A stretch of DNA of 64,000 bases, taken from contig NC_043008.1 of NCBI RefSeq assembly GCF_006345805.1, forward strand, positions 32,364,001 through 32,428,000. Direction: 5' to 3'. Within the stretch, counting starts at the first letter, position 1. Each line of letters starts with the position of its first letter. This DNA comes from Octopus sinensis (taxonomy: Eukaryota). Shown here one piece after another: positions 38,701 to 51,811 of this stretch. The notes beneath the pieces were generated by a model. The model was given only the letters and a program-made list of their open reading frames with translations. It was not told the origin of the DNA and ran no database searches. The translations under genes were made by a program, and so were the position numbers.

Positions 38701-40902
38701 ACTTAACAAGGATCTCATTCTGTGAACAAGTTATCTGTGTACAACCATTGCTCAGTTCTCAGGAAATTTTTGCTTGCAAATTTCCTTTATAATTTCTTTT
38801 TTTTTTTTCAGCAAATCTGCAAAGATCGTCTTGCAGGAATTCTATGGACACTACACCTCTTCTCTCTTCTTCTTATTTTTAAATCATTTACTCAGGGAAC
38901 GCTAATAAGCATGGCCCCTCTTACTTTTGATTGTTGGAAAGAACAGAGTAAGTCTGTCTCCTCAAGCATGAGACCTGACCTGAATGCTTAGAACAAGAAA
39001 AACTCAGCTAAATGTACTTAAAAAAAAAGGGGCGGGGTAGTGTCAAACTCTATGATTTCATCGTTATTGTTTTAAAATCCACTTTTCCATGCTTCCATAA
39101 TTGGGCAGAAATTTGTTCAGGTGGATTTTCTACATCCAGATGCCCTTCTTGCTAGACCAAGTAAGGTAATGTTTCCCCATGACTAGACAGGTTTTCACAG
39201 ATGATTGGTAAAGACCATCACTTAGCATGACAGACGCAACTATCAACGTCAAGGCTAGGTGACAGTAACACACACACACACACACACACCTTTTTCTTTC
39301 TTTCTTTCTTTTAAATATATATATATATACACTACATATATATATCATCATCATTTAACGTCCGTTATCCATGCTGGCATGGGTTGGATGGTTTGACTCT
39401 GCTTGCATGTGATACCAGTGTCTGCCATGACTGCGATTTTGCTTGGTTTGATGGGTCTTCTTTTCAAGCATGACATAATACCAAAGGTCTTGGTTATTGC
39501 CTCCATGAGGCACAACACTTGGGGGGAACGCAGCCACTTTATGTATTAGACACACACAGCAGGTTTCATTCGGTTTATGTTAATCAACTCCAAATCCATT
39601 CATAAAGCTTTGATCAGCCCAGCACTGTAGTAGAAGAAACTTGTATAAAGTGGCATGCAGTAGGCTTGAACCCAGAACTATGTGGTTAGGAAGCAAACTT
39701 CTTACCACACGGTCATGCCTGTGCCTAAGGACTGAAAGGAATATTGCATCTTGTTCAGTACCGTAACCATACCATACGTCCATCAGTCCAGTCTAGTACT
39801 TTATTTCAACCACTCTGAAAGGGTGAACGGCAAAGTGACCTCAACAAGGTTTCAACTCTGAGTATAGAAAACCAGAACAAATAAGTTCTGCCATATTTCT
39901 GCCAGTTCAGTCCTTAAGTTGACTAAGTTATTTTAAAAGTTGGGGTGATAAATATAATTCTTAACTGTGTGGGGTATGATAGTTGTATAATCAAAGCACT
40001 AGAGTATTGGCCTATTTAATATTCAAGCTCTCTAGTTTTAATTAACTTTCTTGGTTAAGTTTGCTTGACTGATGAAGTTAAACTCTTTGGTGGTTAGTGG
40101 GAGGACCAAGTCATCCAGTTGTAACAATATCTATTCTGTTGGTGCTACCCATGGGAAAATGAGTTTAAAAAAATACTAGTTTTTGTTATTTAAGTCTAAA
40201 AACTATCCTCCTATATGTACATACATTCCCCGACACATTTCTCCAAATAGTCCTTGTTCTTTATCACATATTTGAACCACTCAAGTGGTGACAGTTATGG
40301 TCGTTGTTGCTGTTTAGCTCTAGGTCAGCCTCAGTTGACACTGACATAATAATTTCATTCAGGAGTTTATCCTGGAGATTGGATTTCAATGAAACAATAG
40401 TAAATAGATATAATAAAAGGGAATTTTCTCACTCCATTCTCCTTGTTTGTAATTATATGTGTGTGTGTGTGTGTTAAGTGGCTCCCATGTAGCAAATTTT
40501 TCACTTTCAGCATGCAGTCTCATCAAATTATATTATTAAAAGTGTATAACATTGAAATTGAGTTTTAACTTAACACTTTCTCAGACTATTCCTGCATGGA
40601 CTGGTAGGGTTATTTTACACATTTTGACATTTAGATTCTACTATCATTCCCCTCTTAGCCTAGCTGTAAATGCCATAGTGATGTACTATTCAGACAGATA
40701 TCTTACTTGATGATGGATCCTTCTAAAGTAGGCTACAACACAACTCCTTCCAATGATTGTTGTTGATGTTGTTATTTAGTTTTAGTTCATCCTTGATTTA
40801 AGTAGACCTATGACGAAATGTTTTTAGGCTGTGATCATCATGGCTTTTTATTTTTCAGGAAGTGTGCATCCAGGACCCCATTAATGCATTCTCGGTCTTT
40901 TA

Positions 40903-42100
40903 TCGGGTTGAGTAAAAAGTATGCAATGTTTTGAACCATGAAGGATTTGTACCGGATTTTTGCAGAGTTTTGAATTTTTTTTTAAACATATTTTTGCAAT
41001 TGTCTGATAATACTTGCCTGACTCCATCAATAAATCAATATTGATTTTTTTTTTTTCACCATTGTTACAATCATCTGAAATGGAACTGTCAAAGCACAAT
41101 ATTTGAGCAATTTTGCTATTCTACTTCAAAAATGGATGTAAAACTGCTTGTGATATCAACAAAACGTTTGGTGAGAAAATTACTAGTAAGTGGTCAGCTC
41201 GAAAATGGTTTAGACTATTTCGTAGTGGAGACCTGAACCTTAAAGATTGTGAGCATAGTGGACACCCATCTGTCATCGATGACAATCAATAAAAGACCAT
41301 CATTGAGAAAGAGCCATGTAAAATCACTTGAGAACTGGTAAAAAAACATCAAGTTAACCAGAAAACTGCCTGCAGCCATTTGCATACGATCTGAAAATCA
41401 AAAGCTCGACAAATGAGTACCACGATTTGAATGAAAATCAAAAAATGCACAGATATGAAATTTGTGATCCATATTTTGACCTTATTGTAACTTGCAATGA
41501 AAAGTGGATTTTGTACAACAATAAAAAAAATGTTCTTCACAGTGGTTGGACCAAAATGAAGCACCAAAAACCTTCCCTAAACCTGAGCTCTTCAAATAGG
41601 TTATGGTGACTGTTTGGTGGTGTACTGCTGGACTCCTCCACTATAACTTCTTTAAACCTGGAAAAACCATTACTGCAGAAACATATTACTATGAAATTGC
41701 CAAAATGAATGAAAAACTGCTACTCCTGCATCCCAGACTGGTCAACAGAAGAGGGCCAATCATTCTTCACGCTTCAGTAATGACGCTCCAGAAGTTGAGG
41801 GAACTTGGCTACAAAGTTCTTCCCCACCCAGCTTATTCCCCAGACCTTTCTCCTACTGACTACCACTTTTTCCAGCACCTTGATGGTTTCCTGTGAGAGG
41901 AGGAGTTAAAAAATCAAATCGATACTGAAATTGTGTTCAAAGAGTTCATCAGCTCCAGAACTCCAGATTTTCATATTAGCGGAATAAAAATGTGTTGATT
42001 GTAATGGTACTTACTTTGATGAATAAAATTCCTGCATTGTTGAAATATATTGTGATGAATTTCATGTTTCAAAACGTTGCTTACTTTTTACTCAGCCTGA
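40903..42100 (+). mobile_element. Near full-length decayed mariner (DD34D) transposon
   Basis: About 40-bp TIRs flanked by TA. Transposase from ATG 41080 with stops and frameshifts; IVTCNEKWILYNN and HPAYSPDLSPTDYHFF motifs. Confidence 0.93.
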
Positions 42101-43143
42101 TAGATAGTAGTGTATGATGTAGATTTGGCTACTGTTTGTAGTAAGTTTAGCAACTTTGGAGAGGTACATAGTTGTTTCAAAAAAGGTGTTTGATACATTG
42201 TAAACTGAATTAACCCAAACAATGGACTACTCACAGCATATACCATTATAGAAAGCAAGAATATGTTCTTGCTGGCAGAGCTCCTCTGCATTTAGTTGTA
42301 TTGTTGTGGCTGGTTTGATCAAATGAAGCACTTCCTCAAAATTTTGTAGCCTCCTGCCTATGATAGAAAACCATTATCATTAGAACCAGGAAACTAGCCA
42401 AAGCAATAGAAAGATGATATTGGATTAATTCAATTACCTATACTTCATTCTCTACAATACTAGCTTTGTACCATTAGATAAATAGTGGGGGAGGGGAGAA
42501 TAATTTAATATTTTGACATTTTTATCTTAATTGGAAATATCCTATTTCAGGTTTTGACTAATTATTTATTATATTGTAGGCTAGCAATTAAAATATTGCT
42601 GATTAGTGTTTTGATAAAACTTTTTTTGTTTTGATTAGATAATCAGCTCTCAGATGGAAAAATAATTGCCCTATGACATTTTCAGTAACCTATTTAGTTC
42701 TATGTTGTCACATTGTCATATTACTTTAAATTGTCTATTGTGTTTTATATTGCGAGTTTTCTAGATTTTTAACTATTTCTATTAATTTTAGTTTGACTTT
42801 CTTTTTTTTTTTTTACTTTCTCCTCCCATTGCATAATGTACCTTGACTGGTTGATAATGAATGATACTGAATGATAATGAGATTTAACATTATAATTATG
42901 AGAGTGAAAGATTGTTATTATTAGCTCTTTCCCCACCAAATTTCAGGCCTTGCCAATTGTAGAAAAAATTACTGTTATTATATCTAACATACTCAGCTTG
43001 TTGCTGGAGTGTCTTGAATATATCAACCATTCACTTCCTGTGAACTAAGGTGGATTGCCAAGTAATGCTGTTTTTCATTTTTTAATGCCTATTTTTCCAA
43101 CCATTTTTTGATTTCTTTGTTCACTGTATCTAGGGTATCAACA

Positions 43144-43175
<32 letters not shown>

Positions 43176-44877
43176 GGTGGTGAGCTGGCAGAATCATTAG
43201 TGTGCTGGACGAAATGCTTTGCAGTATTTCACCCGCTGGTACATTCTGAGTTCAAATTCCACAAAAGTCGACTTTACCTTTCATCCTTTTGGGGTCCATA
43301 AAATAAGTACCAGTTAAACACTGGGGTCAATGTAATCAACTCATCCCCTCCCTCCAAAGATTGCTGCCCTTGTGGCAAAATTTGAAACCATTATTATTAT
43401 TATTGAGAGCACATACCATCAAAGTGATGTTAGGGTACAAATATATGAAGCCCAATGTACCCATAATGACAACCTGTCTAAGGGTACACCAGATACATGC
43501 ATCACAACCATATATCTGTACCATGGTGATCTTGTATCAAAATAAACAACACATGACCTTGTAGGTGGGGGCCTAGTTAGAATTTTCTTCGGGTTGTGTA
43601 GCTCATCCTGCTCAAAAGGCCCCTAATGAAGAATTGTCTAAAGATGATAAATAAAACACTCATGTTTCCAGAGGTGAAATATTCAAATCCCAAAGAATCC
43701 CTCTCCATACTTGGCTATGATTCTTTCTTTATAGGATGCAAAGGTTGATACACTGACAAGCACTAAGTCTCGATCTTCCACTTGACCCAGGATTGAAACT
43801 GCAGGAAATGATGCCGTACAAATAATGACATTTTCTTCTCATCACCCAGGAAACTCTGCAGATATCAGAGCCTCAGCATAAGCTTTTGTATCAACAGACA
43901 CAACTTACTAAACTCTTTTGCAGAGTGTTGGCAGAAAGTGGACCTTCTGACTTGTGGAATGTGTCCCTTTCACAAGAAAGGAAACCACTGATTGTATAGT
44001 CTGGTTAGATGAAAACTGCCAAGTGTTAATAACTAATGGAGATCATCCATGTGTTCGCTACTCTTCTTGGCCTTTAAGAGGCAGCTTCCTCTCAGTTTGT
44101 TTCAGGTGTGGCTGGCCATCTTGCTCATAATGTACTCTCAGTTCTTATTTACCTGGAAGTCTGGCTTGAACTAGACATTTTAATAGGACCTTCACTCCAG
44201 TAACCCACGATGCTGACTGGCATGAACTTGACTCAACAATTGCTGAGCTTCCAGCCTATTTATTTAATACTAATAATCTGTATCTATTTAAAGCTAAAGT
44301 AATTTCTGATGCTATTTTAGTGATTGTAAGATACATGCTCATCATTAAAGATCTTCGAAGATTGTAAGGTGCAATATGTCCAGAGAGCATGAAAGTTTTA
44401 GCTGTGTGTTGGTCATGAATATTGTATAGCTGTTACTTTATAGCCCTTGGTAATTTCTGATCAATGGTATTCCACTCCTGACTAACCCATCTTATATGCA
44501 GACAGTATATCAAGGACTATGGTTTATCAAATGCTTGGTTCCTTTTTTTTTTTTTCTTTTTTGTGTGAAGATGATGGTGTGTGATTTAGGGAGATCCAGC
44601 TGTTATCTAAGCTGTCAAACAATAGCATTAAGGTAGCCTCATTGGTTTGTGCATCTAGTATTATGGGTATGTAATCTTAATACAAGTAGTAGCTCCCTTG
44701 GATCTGTTGCTGCTGCAACAGCAATGTTTGATTTTAAGTGTTCTGTGTAAAACTAAAGTTTTTCTTTTATAAATTCTCACTATATCACTTTCTTACTAAC
44801 AGCAACATATCTGTTTTTAAAATCTGCCCCCCAAATTTTCCTCTAAGAATTACAGTATTGCTTTTCACGTTTTACAG

Positions 44878-44977
44878 ACAAAGAAGTTTGAACCAGCCAG
44901 TCTCATCTTAAACGAGGAGAAAGATGGCCCAGCAAGTTTGCCAGAGGACAATTTGAAAACGGAGGATCTTTTCGCGG
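44878..44977 (+). CDS. SNX2: SNX1/2 exon 2 (TKKFEPASLILNEEKDGPASLPEDNLKTEDLFA)
   Basis: Acceptor ttttacAG, donor G|GTGAGC, 100 nt, phase 0 to 1. PASLPED and EDLFA match SNX2 EPASLPAED and EDLFAE. Confidence 0.88.
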
Positions 44978-45217
44978 GTGAGCTTTCATATTCATTTGGA
45001 AAACTCCTGTTTTTAAATATTACTTTCAGTTTTTCTTCTTACCCTGTTCTGATATAAAATCTATTTTTGTTTTTGTTGTCTGTAATGTCTCTTTGTCGTC
45101 CTTGAATTGATATTTGGTTGGAATCAATGAAATATGTTTTCAGTTTTATGTCATGGAACACTTGATTTTCTGTCACATTTGTATAGGAATATATTTAATA
45201 GCATGTTTTCTTTTCAG

Positions 45218-45295
45218 TTGATGCTTATCCACTTGAAAGCAATGCAGATTTATTAGATTATGGTGAAGAATTCCGAAAAGGAATATTGGATCTAG
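45218..45295 (+). CDS. Candidate cassette exon of SNX1/2 (VDAYPLESNADLLDYGEEFRKGILDL)
   Basis: Acceptor ttttcttttcAG, donor AG|GTTAGT, 78 nt, symmetric phase 1-1, open and acidic in the gene's frame. Confidence 0.6.
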
Positions 45296-45728
45296 GTTAG
45301 TTCGGCCAAAAGCCTACGTGTCCTTTATGCTTCATGAAGACAATTTGTAGCTGGTTCGACTGCATCTTAGAACTGCATGTTTGTGCTGTGTGTTTATATT
45401 TTGTTCTCATGTAGATGTAGCTTCACAATGTGCAGCTATTTTACTTATGGAAGTAGGACATTATATTATACAGAAGTTATTTCTCATAGGTATTAATCAA
45501 TCAGACAATCCTATTAGCAGATGATGCTTTATGACTAATCATTTACACAATCTATTTTTCAATTATTCTCAGTCATTTTATTATTGTTTTTGTACTTTTT
45601 TATCTTCAGTCTTTGTACTACAGCCACTACTATATAAAAAAAAAACTGCATTATTTGTGCTAGAATGTTAAGTGACAAGTGGCCTTTAAATTTTTTATAT
45701 AACCTTAATTGTGTAATACAAATTATAA

Positions 45729-46063
45729 AGACCCCCTTCGGTCATGAGTGACCATGGGTTTGCACCTAGAGAGTTACCCTCTGAGGCACAAGTCTGGGCA
45801 AGGTTGTTTTATGGAAGATCAGTAGTCGCCCATGCATACCGGCCTCCCCTCTCCACGCCACCAGTGTTATCCAAGGGAAAGACAAAGGTCGATACAGCTT
45901 GGCACCTATGACGTCGCAACTCATTTCTACAGCTGAGTGAACTGGAGCAACGTGAAATAAAGTGTCTTGCTCAAGAACACAGCACGCAGCCCGGTCCGGG
46001 ATTCGAGCTCACAACCTCACGATCGTAAGCTCGACGGTCTAACCACTGAGCCATGCGCCTTCA
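45729..46063 (-). mobile_element. Young full-length tRNA-derived SINE with perfect 15-bp TSD
   Basis: Head TGGCTCAGTGG (A box) and a CTCGAATCCC B-box-like motif on the minus strand. TSD TAATACAAATTATAA at 45714-45728 and 46064-46078. CpGs intact. Confidence 0.9.
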
Positions 46064-46597
46064 TAATACAAATTATAACAACACTATAAATGTTAAATAA
46101 TTCACTCTTAAAACTATAGAACTGTGAGTAACTCATCCGTTTGCTGAAGACTGTAATCTACTGACTGAGCCTGCCTTGTCCATTTTCACTATAACTTCTA
46201 CACTTTAATCAGCCAAGATTCCCCTGGATAGCAGTTTTGACATGACACACTTTGACTGTTACCTTATCATGTTGAACTCTTGACCAAGGAGCTAAATGCT
46301 GCTTGGTCAAAGGTACAACGTGATACGCCACAAAACATACTGAAATCTGGCAATCTATTTGATTAATTATCTCCAGGTCATATGTCTTCTAGAGCAGAGC
46401 TGCAACTACTATTACAACAACAATCATTCTTGATATGTTCAGTGTTCTGACATTAAATCAGTCTCTTTGTCTCTTGTTTTTCTACTGCCACAAATACAGC
46501 TATTGTCTTCTCACAATCGTCTCTCTCTCTCTCCCCTCCCACTTTGTCGATTAGTGATAACTATTTGAAAGCAATTTGGAGATTACTATTACATGGA

Positions 46598-46826
46598 GGC
46601 AGACTAGAGAAAACTGCTGTTTGTAGACAAACTAAAGATGACCCTCGTATGCAAGCAAACTAGAGATGACTGTAAATATGAGCAGACTACAGATGACTGT
46701 AAATATAGGCAGATTAAGATTGATCATTAAATATAAGCCAACTAGGGGTGCCTATGAAAATCAGTCAGACTAAGAATGGCAGACTAGAGATAACTATTAA
46801 ATGTAGGTGGATGAGAGATGACCATC
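46598..46826. repeat. Degenerate ~27-28 bp minisatellite, about 8 units
   Basis: Recurrent GCAGACTAGAGATGACTGTAAATAT-like units. Confidence 0.7.
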
Positions 46827-49021
46827 AGCTGTTTTCATTGGTATTTAAATGAAGCTGGCTGTATAGGCCAGGCTACATCTTGACCATTTGAATATTTTAA
46901 TGTATAATCTAATTTTCATGAGGACTTGTCACATACTGGGCAGTGCAGTGATGAGGTACTGTTTTCAGTGAAACTGAGATGTATTTGAAGATGATGATTC
47001 AGTCTCTTTTTATGGTGGTGGTGACAAAATGGTTTAGTTGAAGCCTCACCATAGACATTTCTAAAATGATCCGAGCAAGCAGAACTGGGATTCAGCATTG
47101 CAGAGTATATGAAATGTTTAAATTTACAATAGCACCATGATTATCAATAGTAAAATGTATTTGCTGCAAGGTAGATTCAGTTAGTGAGTTATGTGCAATA
47201 GCCATAGAGCAACTTCAGTAGTAGTTTGAATCTTTTAGTCACTATTAAATGCTCCTTCAACCTGTCCAAAAACCCCTGTCAATCTGGCTTACTGATAAGT
47301 GCATGATAACGTTTGATAGCTTTGTTTGGCAGCATGCATTTCAATTAATTGATACTAGATACTTTGGAACATGTTTTTATCTCTGTGACTCACTCTTTCC
47401 CTAGGTGCAAGGTGGATGTTTTTAGCTGATCCACTGAATAATTTTTTTGTTTTGTTTCCCTTTGCTTTTTATGTTTCTAACTTTGTAATGCAGATTATGT
47501 AAGGGAGTTGAAAAACAACAAACCACCACCACCACCTGATAAATAAGCTTGGTTTCTTTAAATTGATCCATAAACATCTATTATCTAAAGATGGTGTAAG
47601 GTGGTGAACTGGCAGAATTGTTAGTTGGCATGCTGGACAAAATGCTTAGTGGCATTTTACGTTCTGAGTTCAAATTCCGCCAGGGTCGACTTTGCCTTTC
47701 ATTCTTTCAGAGTTGATAAAATTTGTATCAGCTGAGCACTGGGCTCAATATAATCAACTTAGTCCCTCCTCTAAAATTCCAGACCTTGTGCCTATATTAG
47801 AAAGGATCATTTAAAGGTGGGGTTTTGTTAGGTTTTACAACTGATTTTCTCAGACTATTTATCAAGTTTGAACCAATTGTTAATGTACATTGGATGCTGT
47901 TGTCATGGGCCCAAACTATAGAGCACCATAACAACAAGGAAAGAGTTGTATATATTAAGTGGGAGAATTCTGCTGAGCATTTAGGTGGAATGAGTGCTGA
48001 ATGCAGGGAGAAAATAATACTAGCAGAGCAGAACTCTCCTTTTAAGAAGGTTGTGTTGCTGGTAATGATATTAATGAGTGGAAAGGCCTCAGTGAAGGTA
48101 GCCATCAGATGGCAAATCTGTAGAAGCAGCAGAAGTGACACCTTCAAAATCAATGATGGATGATGCAATTTCTTGTATGTTCCCACCATTTATAATTGAC
48201 CAACTAGTGTCTCAGAAATCCTTGTAATATCTCATAAGATTAGACACCTAATTCTTGAGATTATTGCTGCTTAACAACCATTTCACCTGATATTGTGAGT
48301 AGATAATTAATCTAATCCAGATTTAATAATAATAAAAAAGCAATGCTTAAATTCAGTTGTCTTTAGTGAAATTGTTGCTTAGCCCCAGGTCAGTAGATAT
48401 ATGGGCTCTGGTATTTCAGCAATGACCATCCAGTCTCTAATGTGGGGTTTGTCAAACTACATATCTACCATGATCATTCTTTATTTTAGAAGCTTGGGTA
48501 GGATTTGAGTGGAATTTGGTTGTTATTTCTAGCAAAAGGAACAACTGTATACAGGCTGTCTTATTGACTTAAATTGTCTTTAGTTGATAATTTATCGAAT
48601 CAATAAATTTCATGAATGATTATGTACGATAATTTGGAAATCATTCATAAAAGTGGACTTTTTCAAGGGTAGGGAACAGACTAGCATTCACTGTACAGCT
48701 CATAGAAGTCTTCCACAAAGAAGTGTGTAGGGGTTAATATTTTGCCCAGTACAGAAATAAACTCCTATTTGAGAGAGTCAGCCAATTCCTTATTCTTTTG
48801 AAAGCGTTTTTTTAACTCCACATTACTTTAAGTACTTTGTGGAGGGAGAGAGGGTATGTTTTGGGTTTAAAATGGGAAGTCAAACAGAATCAAAGATAAC
48901 AGTTAAGTTGGTCATTTCTGTTTCTTTTGTTTTCTTTATCACCACTTCTTCCACTTATTTCTTCCTCACTCTATTGATATGTAACAAAGTGCTACATGAA
49001 AATAGAGTAACTTTATTGAAG

Positions 49022-49398
49022 CACTTGACAACCCATGACCCGTTGGGTGATCAATAGTTCAAGGTACCTGAAAAGACCATGTATCTTGGGAACCCGTAGT
49101 CTGATTTGTGTGAAACTTGTTTTATTCCGTTTGTATTCACATTTCAATGGTACCCTATCTTTAAAGTATTTTCCCATTATGTGCTGGTTTGGCTATTTAT
49201 AAAGGTACCTGAAAAACTGCATGTCTTGGGAACCTGTGGTCCAATTTGCGCAAAACTTGTCTGATTCCGTTTGTATTCCCATTTCAGGTGCACCTTACTT
49301 TCAGAGTATTTTTCCATTATGTGCCAGTTTTACTGTATTAAATTACAGACAAGCATGCATGCAAGCAAACAATCACAGAGTTTTAGTAGTATATAGAT
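49022..49398 (+). mobile_element. Helitron/Helentron-like non-autonomous element with two ~141-bp internal tandem units
   Basis: Units start with AAGGTACCTGAAAA at 49061 and 49202. The 3' end is ACAGACAAGC...TAGTATATAGAT. Class is inferred from architecture only. Confidence 0.5.
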
Positions 49399-49416
49399 TA
49401 ATAAAATCAATGATCT

Positions 49417-49640
49417 GATGTTGTTTAGCCCCATGTCAACCCTGAATGAGCAGACCTATGATCAAAAGCATCCCAGCTTTAACCTTTCTGTCTTAAATTT
49501 TTTTTCAGATATTGTGTACTTAGGACTATGTAATTCAATGTATCTTCCGTTTTTCTTTTTGTAGACAATAAAGTGTGATTTGAGGGAGATTTGGTTGCTA
49601 TTTTTAGCAGGTTTAGTAGCGACATAGATGCTCCCTTCAT
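49417..49640 (+). repeat. Abundant unclassified ~220-bp dispersed repeat (best copy)
   Basis: TGTTTAGCCCC...GACCTATGATCAAA...GTGTGATTTGAGGGAGATTTGG(C/T)TGCTATTT(C/T)TAGCA. More than 15 degraded copies in both orientations across the window. Confidence 0.7.
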
Positions 49641-50137
49641 TTATATTACCCAATAACTTGCTTTGATAATCTTTCCTATCTGTGCTTCGGTTCATAGACC
49701 AATAACTTGTTACTCTTGCCTAAATTCTAAATTCTCATCCCTGTTACAATTTCCTGTCAAAAGCACTTCATTCCTTTTGCATTATTAAACAGTTTCTGGA
49801 AAGAGCACAAATGTTAGCATTGTAATTTCCCAGTCTTTCATCAATAATATATGCCCCCTATTCTTCATTGAAAGAAATCAATGATTCAGCCACCTCTAAT
49901 CCAAAGTTTGATAAATGTGATAGGACTTAAACCTCATTGTTGTACACTCAATCAAATTTGCTTCTTGCTTCAGGTCTTTTTGTGTGTGTCTTTTTTTTTT
50001 CTTTCTGGTTTGTTCACACAGATTTTAATTTTTGATCTTTTAAATAAATTTGTATTTTTGTTTATGTATTGTTGATTTTACCCACATTTGAGTTTTGTGT
50101 GAATAATGTATGTTGACACTAAATGCATGTATAGCTA

Positions 50138-50176
<39 letters not shown>

Positions 50177-51764
50177 TGCACACTTGTCATTGTTTCAGCA
50201 ATTTCTTAATCTTTTACCATTATTTTTCTCTTTGCCTGTGTTATAAATACATATTGTCACTTTATTATATTGTATTAATATATAATTATTTTATCACCCT
50301 CTTTTTCTCTATTACATTTCATGTATTTTTGTATTTATTGCATGTATTTCACAAATTTATGTTGAATTATATTCTTGGTTTTACTTTTATTTCTTTATAT
50401 TTTTTTGTAAATACATTACTTTACACATCAGTAAAATTGTAAAATTTTGTTGGCTATAAAAATAGGATAACACCTTCAGTAGACCTGATCTAGTAGTTCT
50501 CTGAATCAAATGTATACACCTAACACTTTCTCTCTCACCTATACATGCATACACACCTCTATAAATAGTTAATGTTGAAAGCCTAAAATGATCCTGGTGT
50601 GTATACACATCATTTTTATTAATGTTTCAACTAACATTAACCCAGTATTAGATTGGTTAATGGTTTACTATTATTTTTTTGAATGGCATGATGATCAATT
50701 TCACATAAATTTATAATCATCAAATAAGATCTGATAGTATGTTAGTGTTAACACATCAAAATAGATAGAATATTGAGAATATTAACTATAAAATATATGT
50801 GGTGAGAAAAATAAAATATTACTCTGTTTTATGTTTCTGGCAGAACAAGAGACAATTCTGGATACATTTTAGCCTTATTGTGATTTCATCAATGAAACAT
50901 AATTGCCAAAATAGTGACAAAACTATCTCTAAGTAAATGTTAAATATTGGTGCTATGAAATAGTTTTGTTTTCTTCACTGCATATTTCTAGTTAGCTTTT
51001 GCATTAAATATGTTACTATTAACTTACCCATTGTTTTTTTCATGCAGATGGCATATCTGAATTATTTAAAGATTAGTGACTTAGTGTGAAACTTTTAAAT
51101 AACAGCCAACATACTTTTAAGATTTATATTCACCATTTTATGATAGAAATGACTGTCAGGCCCAAATGAGATTCCAACCATTCTAAAGTGGGTCCCTTGT
51201 TCATTATCTACTGTAGTTAATGACATATAAACACATCTTTTTCCTTCAAAATGTCTTCAAAAAATCACGTTTGGGCTTAAATGCAAATTTGGACATATTG
51301 CATGCTTTAATGCACTAAAAACTTTGGGAAGCATCTCATATGCCTGTGCATCTTTTATGCCATCAAATACTGTTATCTGAAGTTGGTATTTATAAGATAC
51401 TGTTTATAATAGATAATACCATTTAATGTCTTAGATGTTAAATTATAATGGTTAGTATGTTTAACAACTGTTTACTGAAAATACAGATGCATTCTACAAT
51501 ATTACACACCTGTAATGTCAGGTAATTACTACAGTGATTCTGATTGCTGAGGCTGCAGATTCTTCTTGTCCTTGGATTTGCCAGGGTAAGGTGACAGTCT
51601 TAGAGCAAAAGCAGTAATAGCAATGTGTCTAGTTGCAAGCTGCTAAGTAGATTGGTGCTTTGGTGAAAGTAAAAGATACAAACCTGTCAGAGAAAGTTCA
51701 ATATGTTCTTCACTTAACTTTTGCATCTCTCTCTCTTTTTTTTTTTATTTCTCTCTCCTGTTTT

Positions 51765-51811
<47 letters not shown>

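Noticed and set aside
10052-44877. Recursive splice sites in the 34.8-kb intron 1
   Set aside because: No convincing polypyrimidine-AG|GTRAG site was found by eye.
46598-46826. CRISPR-like repeat/spacer appearance
   Set aside because: Eukaryotic intron, degenerate repeats, spacers only ~11 nt and related to each other, and no cas genes.
47797-48189. 130-aa and 112-aa overlapping ORFs
   Set aside because: No recognisable domain or splice context; probably decayed LINE sequence.
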